From NCBI GenBank assembly GCA_964538855.1, contig CAZIEY010000001.1, positions 163,059 to 227,058 of the forward strand: a DNA stretch of 64,000 nt, read 5' to 3'. Shown one piece after another: positions 46,915 through 56,459 of the stretch (the stretch's first letter is position 1; the number at the start of each line of letters is the position of its first letter). This stretch comes from an uncultured Candidatus Saccharibacteria bacterium. Lineage in GTDB: Bacteria; Patescibacteriota; Minisyncoccia; Phycocordibacterales; JAACPR01. The notes beneath the pieces were generated by a model, which ran no database searches, had not been told where the DNA came from, and was given only the letters and a program-made list of their open reading frames with translations. The translations under genes were made by a program, and so were the position numbers.

Positions 46915-47583
46915 TTATTTTTTATCTGTATCAAAAATTTCACCTCGGTAAATCCACACTTTGATACCGAGCACTCCCTGTGCGATATTTGCTCGTGTTC
47001 GAGCGTAATCAATATCAGCTCGGAAAGTTTGGAGTGGAACACGACCTCGTTTTACTTGTTCTGTTCGGGCCATATCAGCACCGTTCAAACGACCACCGAC
47101 TCGAATTCGAACTCCCTGAACATTTCGGTTCGCAGCTACTTTTTCAACCAATTGTTTCAAGACACGTCGGAAAGGCATTCGCTTTTCCAAACCATCCTTG
47201 ACCAAAAGTGACACAATTCGAGCGTCGCTCTCTGCAGAGTGAATTTCTTCGACATCGATTTTTAATTCGATTTTATCATTCGCGATCTTGTTCTTGATCA
47301 TGAATTTCGTCAAATCTGCACGCAATTTTGTCATTCCTTCGCCACTTCGGCCAACAATAAGTCCAGGACGTGAGCTCTTGATGATGATTCGGAAAGCCTT
47401 GTCACTGCGTTCTATTTCGATGTTACCAACAAACATACCTTCGGTTTTTGCCATCAAGTAGTCGCGCACCAAAACATCTGCCTTGAGGTAGTCTCGGTAT
47501 TTTTTGTTATCACCAAACCAGCGAGATTTCCAACCTCGAATGATTCCTAGTCTGTGTGAATATGGGTGAACTCGGTGTGACAT
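46915..47583 (-). CDS. rpsC: 30S ribosomal protein S3
   Basis: 222 aa, KH domain. Confidence 0.9.
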   Translation of the reverse strand: MSHRVHPYSHRLGIIRGWKSRWFGDNKKYRDYLKADVLVRDYLMAKTEGMFVGNIEIERSDKAFRIIIKSSRPGLIVGRSGEGMTKLRADLTKFMIKNKIANDKIELKIDVEEIHSAESDARIVSLLVKDGLEKRMPFRRVLKQLVEKVAANRNVQGVRIRVGGRLNGADMARTEQVKRGRVPLQTFRADIDYARTRANIAQGVLGIKVWIYRGEIFDTDKK

Positions 47584-47584
47584 G

Positions 47585-47980
47585 TTATTTTTTCTTTGCG
47601 GTTACTTCTTTGACGACTTTCTTTGCAACTTTTGCTTTTGCGACTGTTTCCCCCTTTTCAGCAAGTACAAGATGAATGTGACTTGTGTGTTTATGGATTG
47701 GGAAAGCTCGTCCGCGTGCACGTGGCATACTGCGTTTGATAATGGCACCCTGATTGACACTGATTGATTTTATGAAAAGATTTTCTGGCTTGAGGTTGAA
47801 ATTGTGAGTTGCGTTTGCGATTGCAGATTCAAGGAGCTTTTTAATTGGGTTAGAAGCTTTTTTAGGGACGAATGTCAAATGATTCAATGCAATGATTACA
47901 TTTTTACCGCGTACTGTATCCGTAACGAGTCGGACCTTTCGTGGAGCTTGTCTATAGTTGTTGAGTTTAGCGGTAATCAT
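47585..47980 (-). CDS. rplV: 50S ribosomal protein L22
   Basis: 131 aa. Confidence 0.9.
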   Translation of the reverse strand: MITAKLNNYRQAPRKVRLVTDTVRGKNVIIALNHLTFVPKKASNPIKKLLESAIANATHNFNLKPENLFIKSISVNQGAIIKRSMPRARGRAFPIHKHTSHIHLVLAEKGETVAKAKVAKKVVKEVTAKKK

Positions 47981-47985
47981 ATATT

Positions 47986-48327
47986 TTATTTAGCAGGGGC
48001 TGTAGCAGCTTTTGCAGATTTAGAAGCAGCAATTTCAGCTTCTTTCTTTGCAACGTCCATATCTTTTTGCATTTTACCTCCGTGGTGTGTGAATTTAGTT
48101 GTTGGAGAAAATTCGCCAAGTCGATGACCCACCATGTCTTCTGTAACTAACACTTCGATGTGATTTTTTCCGTTATGAACACCAAATTTAAAACCGACCA
48201 TTTCAGGAGCGATAGTGCAATCTCGTGACCAAGTCTTAATCACGCCAGCTTGTGCTGGTTTTTTGCCTTCGATTTTCTTCATTAATTTCGGATCCAAGTA
48301 TGGTCCTTTTTTGAGTGATCGTGTCAT
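47986..48327 (-). CDS. rpsS: 30S ribosomal protein S19 (Ala/Lys-rich C-terminal extension)
   Basis: 113 aa, core [17 protein letters not shown]-like. Confidence 0.9.
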   Translation of the reverse strand: MTRSLKKGPYLDPKLMKKIEGKKPAQAGVIKTWSRDCTIAPEMVGFKFGVHNGKNHIEVLVTEDMVGHRLGEFSPTTKFTHHGGKMQKDMDVAKKEAEIAASKSAKAATAPAK

Positions 48328-48365
48328 GTGATTAACGGAAAAAGCTCACCATGAGCTTGGGTGCT

Positions 48366-48393
48366 ATATTAGCAAATCGTCGTTAATTGTCAA
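48366..48393 (-). promoter_or_regulatory. Sigma70-like promoter for rpsS and downstream genes (TTGACA-16-TAATAT on the minus strand)
   Basis: Reverse complement reads TTGACAattaacgacgatttgcTAATAT. -35 at 48388-48393, -10 at 48366-48371. A hairpin plus T-run follows in the leader (48340-48358). Confidence 0.45.
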
Positions 48394-48433
48394 ATGGGTT
48401 TTGATGAATCAATATTAATTCGTGCAAAAAGTG

Positions 48434-48462
48434 TTGACATATGTGCATACGAAATGTATTGT
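48434..48462 (+). promoter_or_regulatory. Sigma70-like promoter for the antisense small-ORF cassette (TTGACA-17-TATTGT)
   Basis: -35 at 48434-48439, 17-nt spacer, -10 at 48457-48462. Confidence 0.45.
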
Positions 48463-48505
48463 GAATATGTACCGATCTTTCCACAAACCAACCGGAGACA
48501 GATTC

Positions 48506-48643
48506 ATGAAGGAATTATTTGTCACCCACCCCTTCTTAGCATGGGGAGGAGTACTGGGAGCACTGCTGTTAGTCGGACTCGTCATAACCGTCGTCGTTCT
48601 CTGCTCGAGAAGCTATCTCAGTGGAGCTGGCTATAAACCCTGA
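48506..48643 (+). CDS. Small single-TM protein (45 aa)
   Basis: MKELFVTHPFLAWGGVLGALLLVGLVITVVVLCSRSYLSGAGYKP. GGAGA RBS 7 nt upstream. Part of the 73-aa ORF 48422-48643. Confidence 0.4.
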   Translation: MKELFVTHPFLAWGGVLGALLLVGLVITVVVLCSRSYLSGAGYKP

Positions 48644-48679
48644 TCGATATCTCGACTAACTAACCCTGGAGGACTTCGC

Positions 48680-48808
48680 ATGATCGCATGGATTTCAAAC
48701 CACTGGTTCGGATTCAGCCTCTTTGTCGGGTTCGTCATCGTGATCAACACTATCGCGATACGCCGCGACAAAGCACAAGAACAGGCTGACCGTGAAGTTG
48801 CTGAGTAA
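48680..48808 (+). CDS. Small single-TM protein (42 aa, below the ORF-track cut-off)
   Basis: Hand translation MIAWISNHWFGFSLFVGFVIVINTIAIRRDKAQEQADREVAE. GGAGG RBS 7 nt upstream. Confidence 0.4.
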   Translation: MIAWISNHWFGFSLFVGFVIVINTIAIRRDKAQEQADREVAE

Positions 48809-48821
48809 AACGCGCAGCAAC

Positions 48822-48860
48822 AAAAAAGACGGGCCCTCACGGACCCGCCTTTTTCCTTTT
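48822..48860. terminator. Bidirectional rho-independent terminator between rplB and the antisense cassette
   Basis: 7-bp GC stem cgggccc/ggacccg with loop tcac, flanked by an A-run (5') and T-runs (3'). Perfect (with one G-U) when read on the minus strand after rplB. Confidence 0.55.
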
Positions 48861-48864
48861 TATA

Positions 48865-49719
48865 TTAAGCTGTCTTATTTTTCCCAACCTTTCGTCTTGA
48901 AACAATGAAATTGTTAGAGTATTTCTTTGGTTTTCGAGTTTTTTGGCCTTTACCTGTTGGCTTACCCCAGAGAGACTTGGCTCGTCGGAGTCCTCGACCC
49001 TGACGACCTTCACCACCTCCGTGTGGGTGATCAACTGGGTTCATAGCTGTACCACGAACTGTTGGGCGAATACCTCGGTGTCGGTTTCGACCCGCTTTAC
49101 CAATGTTTACAAGTCGGTATTCAGCGTTTGAAACTTCACCAAGTGAAGCCCAAGCAGTGCTGATGATTTTGCGAATCTCAGTTGAAGGCATTTTGATGTG
49201 AGTCATACCCATGTCCTGGGCGATAACTTCTGCAAAAATACCTGCTGCTCGCGCAATTTTCGCACCTTCGTTAGGACGAATCTCGATATTATAAACAAAC
49301 GCTCCTACTGGCATTTTGCCAAGTGGTAAACGGTTACCAGGCTTAATTTCAGCAGTTTCGCTCGCAATAATCGTATCCCCAACTTTCAAAGATTTTGAAA
49401 GCAATACATATCGGCGCACACCGTCGGCGTAACACACGAGTCCGATGAAACCAGATCGGTTTGGATCGTATTCCACACTTTCGATTTTCGCAGGAATGTC
49501 TTTTTTGTCGTATTTGAAGTCCACTTCTCGGAAACTTCGCTTCACACCGCCACCCTTGTGACGAACTGTGATACGACCGAGGTTGTTTCGACCGACAGAT
49601 CGGCGGAAACCTCCTACCAATGATTTGTGCGGCTCGCTCGCAGTCAAAATGCCTCGATAGTTAATCGATGACATGTCTCGTCGACCGGCGCTTGTTGGTT
49701 TATGATGTTTGATGCTCAT
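48865..49719 (-). CDS. rplB: 50S ribosomal protein L2
   Basis: 284 aa, G.GRN..G.ITVRH.GGG. Confidence 0.95.
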   Translation of the reverse strand: MSIKHHKPTSAGRRDMSSINYRGILTASEPHKSLVGGFRRSVGRNNLGRITVRHKGGGVKRSFREVDFKYDKKDIPAKIESVEYDPNRSGFIGLVCYADGVRRYVLLSKSLKVGDTIIASETAEIKPGNRLPLGKMPVGAFVYNIEIRPNEGAKIARAAGIFAEVIAQDMGMTHIKMPSTEIRKIISTAWASLGEVSNAEYRLVNIGKAGRNRHRGIRPTVRGTAMNPVDHPHGGGEGRQGRGLRRAKSLWGKPTGKGQKTRKPKKYSNNFIVSRRKVGKNKTA

Positions 49720-49729
49720 ATATTTTTAA

Positions 49730-50137
49730 TTAAACGAATTCGATTTTATCTCCCTTTTTCAAAAAGACCATAGCCTTTTTGCCGCCACCAACCAAAATCT
49801 TGCGAACTCGGTTGTGAGAAGATTTTCGAGCGAGATTGATAATGTTTACTTTGACTGGAGACACTTTGTAAATGTGCTTGATTGCTGATTTTACAAGTGT
49901 TTTTGTCGCATAAGATGCTACATCAAAGCAATACGAGTTGTTTTCGTCGGCCTTGATCGCAGCTTTTTCCGTAATTCGTGGCTTCACAATAACTGAAGAC
50001 ATATCGATGTTTGGATTTTGTTCTGCGTCGCCAGATTTAGCAACAGCTTTAACAGCTTTTACCACTTTGGCTTTCTTTTCGACTTTGACGTCTGCCTTTG
50101 CATCGTCTTTCTTTGTTTTTCTGCTGAATAGAGCCAT
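49730..50137 (-). CDS. rplW: 50S ribosomal protein L23 (Lys/Ala-rich N-terminal extension)
   Basis: 135 aa. Core SVIVKPRITEKA... The extension is translationally coupled to rplD. Confidence 0.85.
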   Translation of the reverse strand: MALFSRKTKKDDAKADVKVEKKAKVVKAVKAVAKSGDAEQNPNIDMSSVIVKPRITEKAAIKADENNSYCFDVASYATKTLVKSAIKHIYKVSPVKVNIINLARKSSHNRVRKILVGGGKKAMVFLKKGDKIEFV

Positions 50138-50141
50138 GGGA

Positions 50142-50816
50142 TTATTTGTTAGTAACTGTTAATCGTGAAGCAAGCGCTTTCATCGCCTCTTCTGCGTTTT
50201 CAATCACAAGGTATTTGTGGTTAAGCACGTTTGCAGGATTGATGTTTCGCACTTCTTCGACAAGCATGTTGTTGAAGTTAGCAAAGCTCTTCTCAACATT
50301 TGCATTTCGACCTGAAAGACCGATGATTGCAGTGTTTTTTCGCTTTGTCGCGAGCTTGTTTGCATTTTCAACCTTTGAAAGTGCAAGAATGATTTTCTTG
50401 GCATCTACTGTCTTTGGTTTTTCAAAAGACATAGCTTCAACCAAAATTAATTCGTTGTCTCGGATTTTTTGTGACAAAACTGTCGCAAGTGCCTTTGATC
50501 GCATCTTTCGATTGACCTTTCGACCATAATCTTTCTCATTTCGAGGACCAAATGTGATACCTCCACCTACCCAAATTGGAGAACGTCGTGAACCATGACG
50601 AGCCTGTCCAGTTCCCTTTTGCTGCCATGGTTTCTTACCACCTCCACGCACTTCACCGCGGTTTTTGGTATGAGCAATCGGTGTTCGAGCATTCGACATA
50701 ATCGAAGTCACAACTTGATGCACAAGGTCAGGATTCCATTTCAAGCCGAAGATTTCATCAGCAAGTTCAATTTTCTTTATTTCAACACCTTTGGTGTTAT
50801 ATACAGGTAATTTCAT
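50142..50816 (-). CDS. rplD: 50S ribosomal protein L4
   Basis: 224 aa. Confidence 0.9.
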   Translation of the reverse strand: MKLPVYNTKGVEIKKIELADEIFGLKWNPDLVHQVVTSIMSNARTPIAHTKNRGEVRGGGKKPWQQKGTGQARHGSRRSPIWVGGGITFGPRNEKDYGRKVNRKMRSKALATVLSQKIRDNELILVEAMSFEKPKTVDAKKIILALSKVENANKLATKRKNTAIIGLSGRNANVEKSFANFNNMLVEEVRNINPANVLNHKYLVIENAEEAMKALASRLTVTNK

Positions 50817-50827
50817 ATATTTGTGTA

Positions 50828-51445
50828 TTAGTTATTGCCTTGTATTTCTACTAATGTGCCCCTTCGACCTGGGACTGCACCTTGAACATACAATTCGCCT
50901 TTTGCGGCGTCGACAGCGACAACTGCGACATCTTTTAATGTCACACGATCGCTACCCATTCGGCCGGCCATACGCTTGCCCTTTGGTACGCGAGTACGTA
51001 GACCTCCACCGATAGAACCAGGTTCTCGTTCAGAGTGTTTCTGACCGTGTGTTCGTGGACCTCCGGCAAAGCCGTGTCGCTTGACCACACCTTGGAAACC
51101 CTTACCTTTTGAAATTGAAGAGATTCTGACTTTGTCACCCGCAACGAATGCAGATAATTCAATCTTGTCTCCGATTTTTACACCTTCTGGTAAGGTTTCG
51201 TAACGAAACTCCTTTAGATATCGGAAATTGCCGAGACCTTTCATGTGACCAAGAAGAGCTTTGGTGATGTTTTTTTCTTTTCTCTCACCAAAACCAACCT
51301 GAATCGCATTGTATCCGTCCGCCTCTTTTGTTCGAATAAGAACGATTGTAGCTGGTCCAGTCTTGATAATTGTTGCTGGATGGACTACACCGTTTTCATC
51401 GAAAACTTGTGTCATTTTTTCTTTTAGTCCAAGTAATGCTTTCAT
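50828..51445 (-). CDS. rplC: 50S ribosomal protein L3
   Basis: 205 aa. Confidence 0.9.
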   Translation of the reverse strand: MKALLGLKEKMTQVFDENGVVHPATIIKTGPATIVLIRTKEADGYNAIQVGFGERKEKNITKALLGHMKGLGNFRYLKEFRYETLPEGVKIGDKIELSAFVAGDKVRISSISKGKGFQGVVKRHGFAGGPRTHGQKHSEREPGSIGGGLRTRVPKGKRMAGRMGSDRVTLKDVAVVAVDAAKGELYVQGAVPGRRGTLVEIQGNN

Positions 51446-51536
51446 AATTAATTAACGGTTTTTGGGTAATCCCATAGCCCAACTCTCCGTGAGGAAAGCT
51501 GGGCTTGGGCGTATAGAGGGACTATTGTCCGTATAC

Positions 51537-51866
51537 TTAAATCATTTTTACGTCGATGTTCACTCCTGATGGCAAACTTAAGTTTGTCAGAGCTTCGATT
51601 ACCTTAGCATCAGGATTTAAAATGTCAATGAGTCGCTTGTGTACTCTCATCTCGAATTGTTCTCGTGCATTTTTGTACACGAAGGCGGCTCGGTTAACAG
51701 TATATTTCTTGATTTCTGTTGGCAATGGAATCGGACCGCTGATTTTTGCGTCAAAACGCAATGCGGTATCGATAATTTGCTTTACAGATGCGTCTAGTAT
51801 CTTGCTTTCGTATGCACGAACCCTTATTCTCAGCTTCGTCATACTGTTATCTTTTTTTTCTGTCAT
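51537..51866 (-). CDS. rpsJ: 30S ribosomal protein S10
   Basis: 109 aa, KIRIRVRAYES..LD. Confidence 0.9.
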   Translation of the reverse strand: MTEKKDNSMTKLRIRVRAYESKILDASVKQIIDTALRFDAKISGPIPLPTEIKKYTVNRAAFVYKNAREQFEMRVHKRLIDILNPDAKVIEALTNLSLPSGVNIDVKMI

Positions 51867-51951
51867 GTGGGTTGATTATCTCTCGTGCAACCAGTGGTTG
51901 AAGTGACCCGGAGGCTGACTTCAATAACCTGTCTGCAGAAAGTGTAGTAAT

Positions 51952-53142
51952 TTAGGCAATAACCTTTGTGATAACACCAGCTCCAACTGTTTTACCACCC
52001 TCTCGGATAGCAAAGTGTTGCTGATCTTCAAGTGCAACTGGACATACCAATTTCACTGTGAATGTTGCTGTATCTCCTGGCATAACCATTTCTACTCCCG
52101 CCTTCAAAGTAACATCTCCTGTTACGTCTGTAGTTCGCATGTAGAATTGTGGCTTGTAACCAGTGAAGAATGGTGTGTGACGACCTCCTTCTTCTTTCTT
52201 CAACACGTACACTTCAGCTTCAAATTCTGTGTGAGGTGTAACTGAACCTGGGAGACACAAAACCTGACCTCGGTGAACATCTTCTTTCTTCAAACCTCGG
52301 AGGAGGAGACCTGCGTTGTCGCCGGCGATTCCTTCTTGCAATTGTTTGTTGAACATTTCAATACCAGTCACAGTTGTCTTCATTGTAGGTTTGATACCAA
52401 CAAGTTCGATGTCTTGACCGATTTTGATTGAACCTCGTTCAATACGACCAGTAACTACAGTTCCTCGACCTTCGATTGAGAAAACGTCTTCAACTGGCAT
52501 GAGGAAAGGCTTAGCCAAATCTCGAACTGGTTCTGGAACATATGTGTCCAAAGCGTTGATAAGGTCGAGAATTTTCTTTGCCCATTCATCAGATGCAGAT
52601 GTTGCTTCGAGAGCTTTCAAAGCTGAACCTCGAATAACAGGAGCGTTTGAACCGTCGTAACCGTGTTTATCGAGCAATTCTCGAATTTCAGCTTCAACGA
52701 GTTCGATCATTTCTGCGTCGTCAACCATGTCGCATTTGTTAATAAAGACCACGATCTTTGGAACACCAATTTGTTTTGCAAGCAAAACGTGTTCACGAGT
52801 TTGTGGCATCATACCGTCTGTTGCAGCAACCACAAGAATAGCACCGTCCATTTGAGCGGCACCAGTAATCATGTTTTTGATGTAGTCGGCGTGACCTGGA
52901 GCGTCAATGTGCGCGTAGTGGCGAACATTTGATTCGTATTCCTGGTGAGACAATGAAATAGTAATACCTCGAGCTTTTGACTCTGGTGATTTATCAATTT
53001 CATCAACTGACTTCTTGCTGGCCATTTTTCCGTCCAATGCAAGGACGTTCAAAATAGCGGCAGTAAGAGTAGTCTTACCGTGGTCAACGTGACCGATGGT
53101 ACCGACGTTGACGTGCGGTTTGCTTCGATTAAATTCTGCCAT
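51952..53142 (-). CDS. tuf: Elongation factor Tu
   Basis: 396 aa with [18 protein letters not shown], and NKCD motifs. Confidence 0.95.
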   Translation of the reverse strand: MAEFNRSKPHVNVGTIGHVDHGKTTLTAAILNVLALDGKMASKKSVDEIDKSPESKARGITISLSHQEYESNVRHYAHIDAPGHADYIKNMITGAAQMDGAILVVAATDGMMPQTREHVLLAKQIGVPKIVVFINKCDMVDDAEMIELVEAEIRELLDKHGYDGSNAPVIRGSALKALEATSASDEWAKKILDLINALDTYVPEPVRDLAKPFLMPVEDVFSIEGRGTVVTGRIERGSIKIGQDIELVGIKPTMKTTVTGIEMFNKQLQEGIAGDNAGLLLRGLKKEDVHRGQVLCLPGSVTPHTEFEAEVYVLKKEEGGRHTPFFTGYKPQFYMRTTDVTGDVTLKAGVEMVMPGDTATFTVKLVCPVALEDQQHFAIREGGKTVGAGVITKVIA

Positions 53143-53339
53143 TGTTTTTAAATTAATTTAATAAAGATTCTAAATAACTCTGTCTTGATTCTCTTCAGGG
53201 CGACCTTAGCAGAAGGCACGAGAACGCGAGCCTCTGCCCAGATCACCCTACCCATTTCCGATTTTTTGCAATACAAAAAAGCGCAAAATGCGTAGGAATT
53301 ATATTATCAGAGTTTTTCCGTGTTTGCAAATAAATATGA

Positions 53340-54080
53340 CTAAGAGAGAAGGCTCCAAATCATCTTAAACCAAGTGCGAAAGCTGTCGGCGACATTTTTA
53401 TTAATGATCACGGTTAGCGTCGCGTTCTCGTCGATAATTTGACCATTCACATTAGAAAAGATCACTACCCTATCCCCAAAAATGTCTATCGTTGAGTTAC
53501 TAGAAAATCCTTTAGGTAAAAATTTATGTGTACCTTGGCTTGTCTCTAAGACACTTGCAGGAATAGTCTCTTTGCTTCCATCAAACAGAATGTGAAATGA
53601 GAGTTTTTTAGCCTTAGCCTCTTTTACGAATTTTGCGAAAACTGTCTCGATTTTATTATCCGACCAAGCACCCTTCCCTCCAATAGTATACAAATCCTCT
53701 CCAACATTCAAAATATCCTGCATATAATTTTTCCACCCCTCTATACCTTTGTAAATGTAAACTGCCTCGGAGACAGGTTCCTCTATAAACATTGCCTGCA
53801 AATTGGGCATGATTTTATTCAAAGCTACTTCTTTTTCCTGAATCTTTTCTTTCAATTTATTCGGATTAACAGCGTTATACTTGTTCTCTTTTCCACCCTT
53901 AATTTCGAAGACAAGCCCTTTTTCTGTTAGACGGTTTAAGGAATCGTAAATATTTCGTCTGTGAATATCTGTGTGAATAGAAAGTTCCCCCACAGTTGAT
54001 TCACCCCATTTTAAGAGCGATTCATAGAGAATCGCCTCGTTTTTCGCTAAATCCAGTTGGGTCAAAATATGGCTGTACAT
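53340..54080 (-). CDS. TrmB-family transcriptional regulator
   Basis: N-terminal HTH (EAILYESLLKWGESTVGELSIHTDIHRRNIYDSLNRLTEKGLV) plus a TrmB C-domain. Confidence 0.7.
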   Translation of the reverse strand: MYSHILTQLDLAKNEAILYESLLKWGESTVGELSIHTDIHRRNIYDSLNRLTEKGLVFEIKGGKENKYNAVNPNKLKEKIQEKEVALNKIMPNLQAMFIEEPVSEAVYIYKGIEGWKNYMQDILNVGEDLYTIGGKGAWSDNKIETVFAKFVKEAKAKKLSFHILFDGSKETIPASVLETSQGTHKFLPKGFSSNSTIDIFGDRVVIFSNVNGQIIDENATLTVIINKNVADSFRTWFKMIWSLLS

Positions 54081-54155
54081 AAGGAAATTGTTGTTAAAAG
54101 TTAATTAAATTTGATGTGGTGGTATTTGCCACTCGTTTAACATAGCACAGAATAT

Positions 54156-55235
54156 ATGGGTAGTCAAATTAATCAAACCCATATGCAAAAACAACAAAAA
54201 TTCTTAGTGGCGGTATTGATCGTAGCGACTGTAGCAATATTGACCCTTAATTCTAAAGTGGATAATACAGAAAGTATTAAAATCGGAGTAATAAGCGACT
54301 TTACTGGTCCAGCAGCGTATTGGGGCGAATCTTCCAAAGTTGGTGTAAACGTCGCGGTTAAAGAGTTAAAGGCAGAAGGATACAACGTTGATGTGACTTT
54401 TGAAGATTACAAGCTTGATGCACCGCGAGCAGCGACAGCAGCACAGAAATTGTCGAACATTGATAAGGTCTCTGCGATATACTCAGAATTCAATCCCGGT
54501 GCGATTGCAGCAAACTCTGTTTTAAAAGATACAGATGTATTTCACATGTATCTCGCAGCGATTACTTCCCCACTTAAAGACAACCCAAATGCATACAAAA
54601 CATATTTGGACTATGAGGCGGGATGTAAATTAATTGCACAGGAATTCAAAAATAGCGGAGTTGCTAAAATCGGCGTACTAAAAGCGAATCAAGAATTTGG
54701 AGAATTGTGTTTAGATGGGGTACGAGAAATATACGGTGACAAAATTGTTTTGGACTCATACAACCTCGGTGATACCAACTTCAAAACTCAGTTGTTAAAA
54801 ATCAACGCAGAAAAAGTAGAGGCGGTCATTAATGTCGGTTTCGAAGGAGACACGTTCAACACCTTAAAAGTTATGAACGAATTGGGATACTCATTAAGAT
54901 TAGGGACCGTAGAAGACACTATGAGCGACAAAGTAAAAACTACTTTCCCTAACCAAATTAAAAATGCTCTTACTTTTGGTTTCCAAGAAGTAAACAAAGA
55001 ATTCGTTAAGAAAGTCACTGCGGAAAACGGTGGTAAGTCTCTCGCAAGCAATTATGCAGCAGCCGAAGCTTACACCCACATCAAGCAAATCGTTAAGGCT
55101 CTAGATGCGTGTGATGAAGGCGATATGGAATGTACTAAGAAGCACATTGACATGTCTGCGCCAGATACGACTTTTGGATTTAAAAAGTTCAATGGACGTA
55201 TCGCGGACATTGGGATGCAGATATATAAGTACTAA
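54156..55235 (+). CDS. LivK/Peripla_BP_6-type solute-binding protein, membrane-anchored, orphan
   Basis: TM anchor. KIGVISDFTGPAAYWGESSKVG and VTFEDYKLDAPRAATAAQKL motifs. Confidence 0.8.
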   Translation: MGSQINQTHMQKQQKFLVAVLIVATVAILTLNSKVDNTESIKIGVISDFTGPAAYWGESSKVGVNVAVKELKAEGYNVDVTFEDYKLDAPRAATAAQKLSNIDKVSAIYSEFNPGAIAANSVLKDTDVFHMYLAAITSPLKDNPNAYKTYLDYEAGCKLIAQEFKNSGVAKIGVLKANQEFGELCLDGVREIYGDKIVLDSYNLGDTNFKTQLLKINAEKVEAVINVGFEGDTFNTLKVMNELGYSLRLGTVEDTMSDKVKTTFPNQIKNALTFGFQEVNKEFVKKVTAENGGKSLASNYAAAEAYTHIKQIVKALDACDEGDMECTKKHIDMSAPDTTFGFKKFNGRIADIGMQIYKY

Positions 55236-55277
55236 GGTTTAAAGCAAAAAACCACCCTCTCGAGTGGTTTTTTGCTT

Positions 55278-56345
55278 TTACTGCAACTGCTCAACGACCC
55301 ATTCCCCGCCAACAAGATCATTATTCTCGTCAAATGAATAGGTACCCGTGTACCCCCTATAATTCATTTCTCGAACATACTTGTTCAAATCGTCACCAGA
55401 CTTTCCTTCACGCATAGCCTGAACTAACATCATTGTTCCATCATATGCACGATCTGCGTACGATCCAGGATATCGACCATACTCTTTCTTGAAATCTTCT
55501 CTGAATTTTTGGGAAGCTCCGGGAATAACTACATACACATTATCTTTTGCGGCCACATTAATTTTGCCATCTTCGTCATGCTTTTTGGCAATCTCTGTGG
55601 CAGCTAAAAATGGTAGACCTGGGTGCAATTCTTGCACCTTATTAATAATGACAGCTGTTGAAGTGTCGAAACCTGTAAATAGAACTGAGTCCGCGCCAGC
55701 ACTGATAGTCTTGCTAACAATTGTCTGAATATCTTGACCAGAAGCGCCGTATGGAATCCTCTCGGTGATGACAAGATTTGCTCCGGCATTTGAGATGGCC
55801 TTTTCAAAAGGCTGTATGTGACTGTCTCCCCAAGCCCCCTGCTCGAGCACTATAGCGACCTTTTTGGCGCCGGTCTTTTTCAACCATTCTGTTGCTGACC
55901 CTTCTTTCAAAGCGTTCTTTGGGGCACCGAACAAAAAATAATCACTCTCTCCTTCAACATGTTCTGAGGTATTCGCTGGGTTAAATGATACGATACGTTT
56001 CTCTTGGATAGAGTCCGCAGCAGCTGCCGAGAGAAAACTCCATGTCGGTCCGATAATAGCCGCAACATGATCAATGTCTACTAATTTACTAACCGCACTA
56101 ACAGTTTTAATTGGTTCTGTTCCATCATCTTCATAGACGACTTCTAGGGTGATGCCATCTTTTTTTAATACAGACTTTGCGAATTCGATACCGTCTTTTA
56201 TATTCTGACCATCAACTGCGGCCATACCGGTAAGCGAAAGTACGGCGCCGATTTTAACATCGTGCACTTCTCCTGAATAATTGTTTGAAATAATAAAACC
56301 GATGATAACGACTACGATTGCGACAATTGATAAGGTTTTTTTCAT
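55278..56345 (-). CDS. LivK/Peripla_BP_6-type solute-binding protein, membrane-anchored, orphan
   Basis: TM anchor. KIGAVLSLTGMAAVDGQN and VVYEDDGTEPIKTVSAVSKLV motifs. Confidence 0.8.
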   Translation of the reverse strand: MKKTLSIVAIVVVIIGFIISNNYSGEVHDVKIGAVLSLTGMAAVDGQNIKDGIEFAKSVLKKDGITLEVVYEDDGTEPIKTVSAVSKLVDIDHVAAIIGPTWSFLSAAAADSIQEKRIVSFNPANTSEHVEGESDYFLFGAPKNALKEGSATEWLKKTGAKKVAIVLEQGAWGDSHIQPFEKAISNAGANLVITERIPYGASGQDIQTIVSKTISAGADSVLFTGFDTSTAVIINKVQELHPGLPFLAATEIAKKHDEDGKINVAAKDNVYVVIPGASQKFREDFKKEYGRYPGSYADRAYDGTMMLVQAMREGKSGDDLNKYVREMNYRGYTGTYSFDENNDLVGGEWVVEQLQ

Positions 56346-56459
56346 AATTTATTTTTTACTATGCATATAACCATACGACACTTTTTTGTCTTTATCAACA
56401 TATTTTTATGATGAAAATATGATACACTACACTATGTAAATAAACGTTAAATTAACCAT

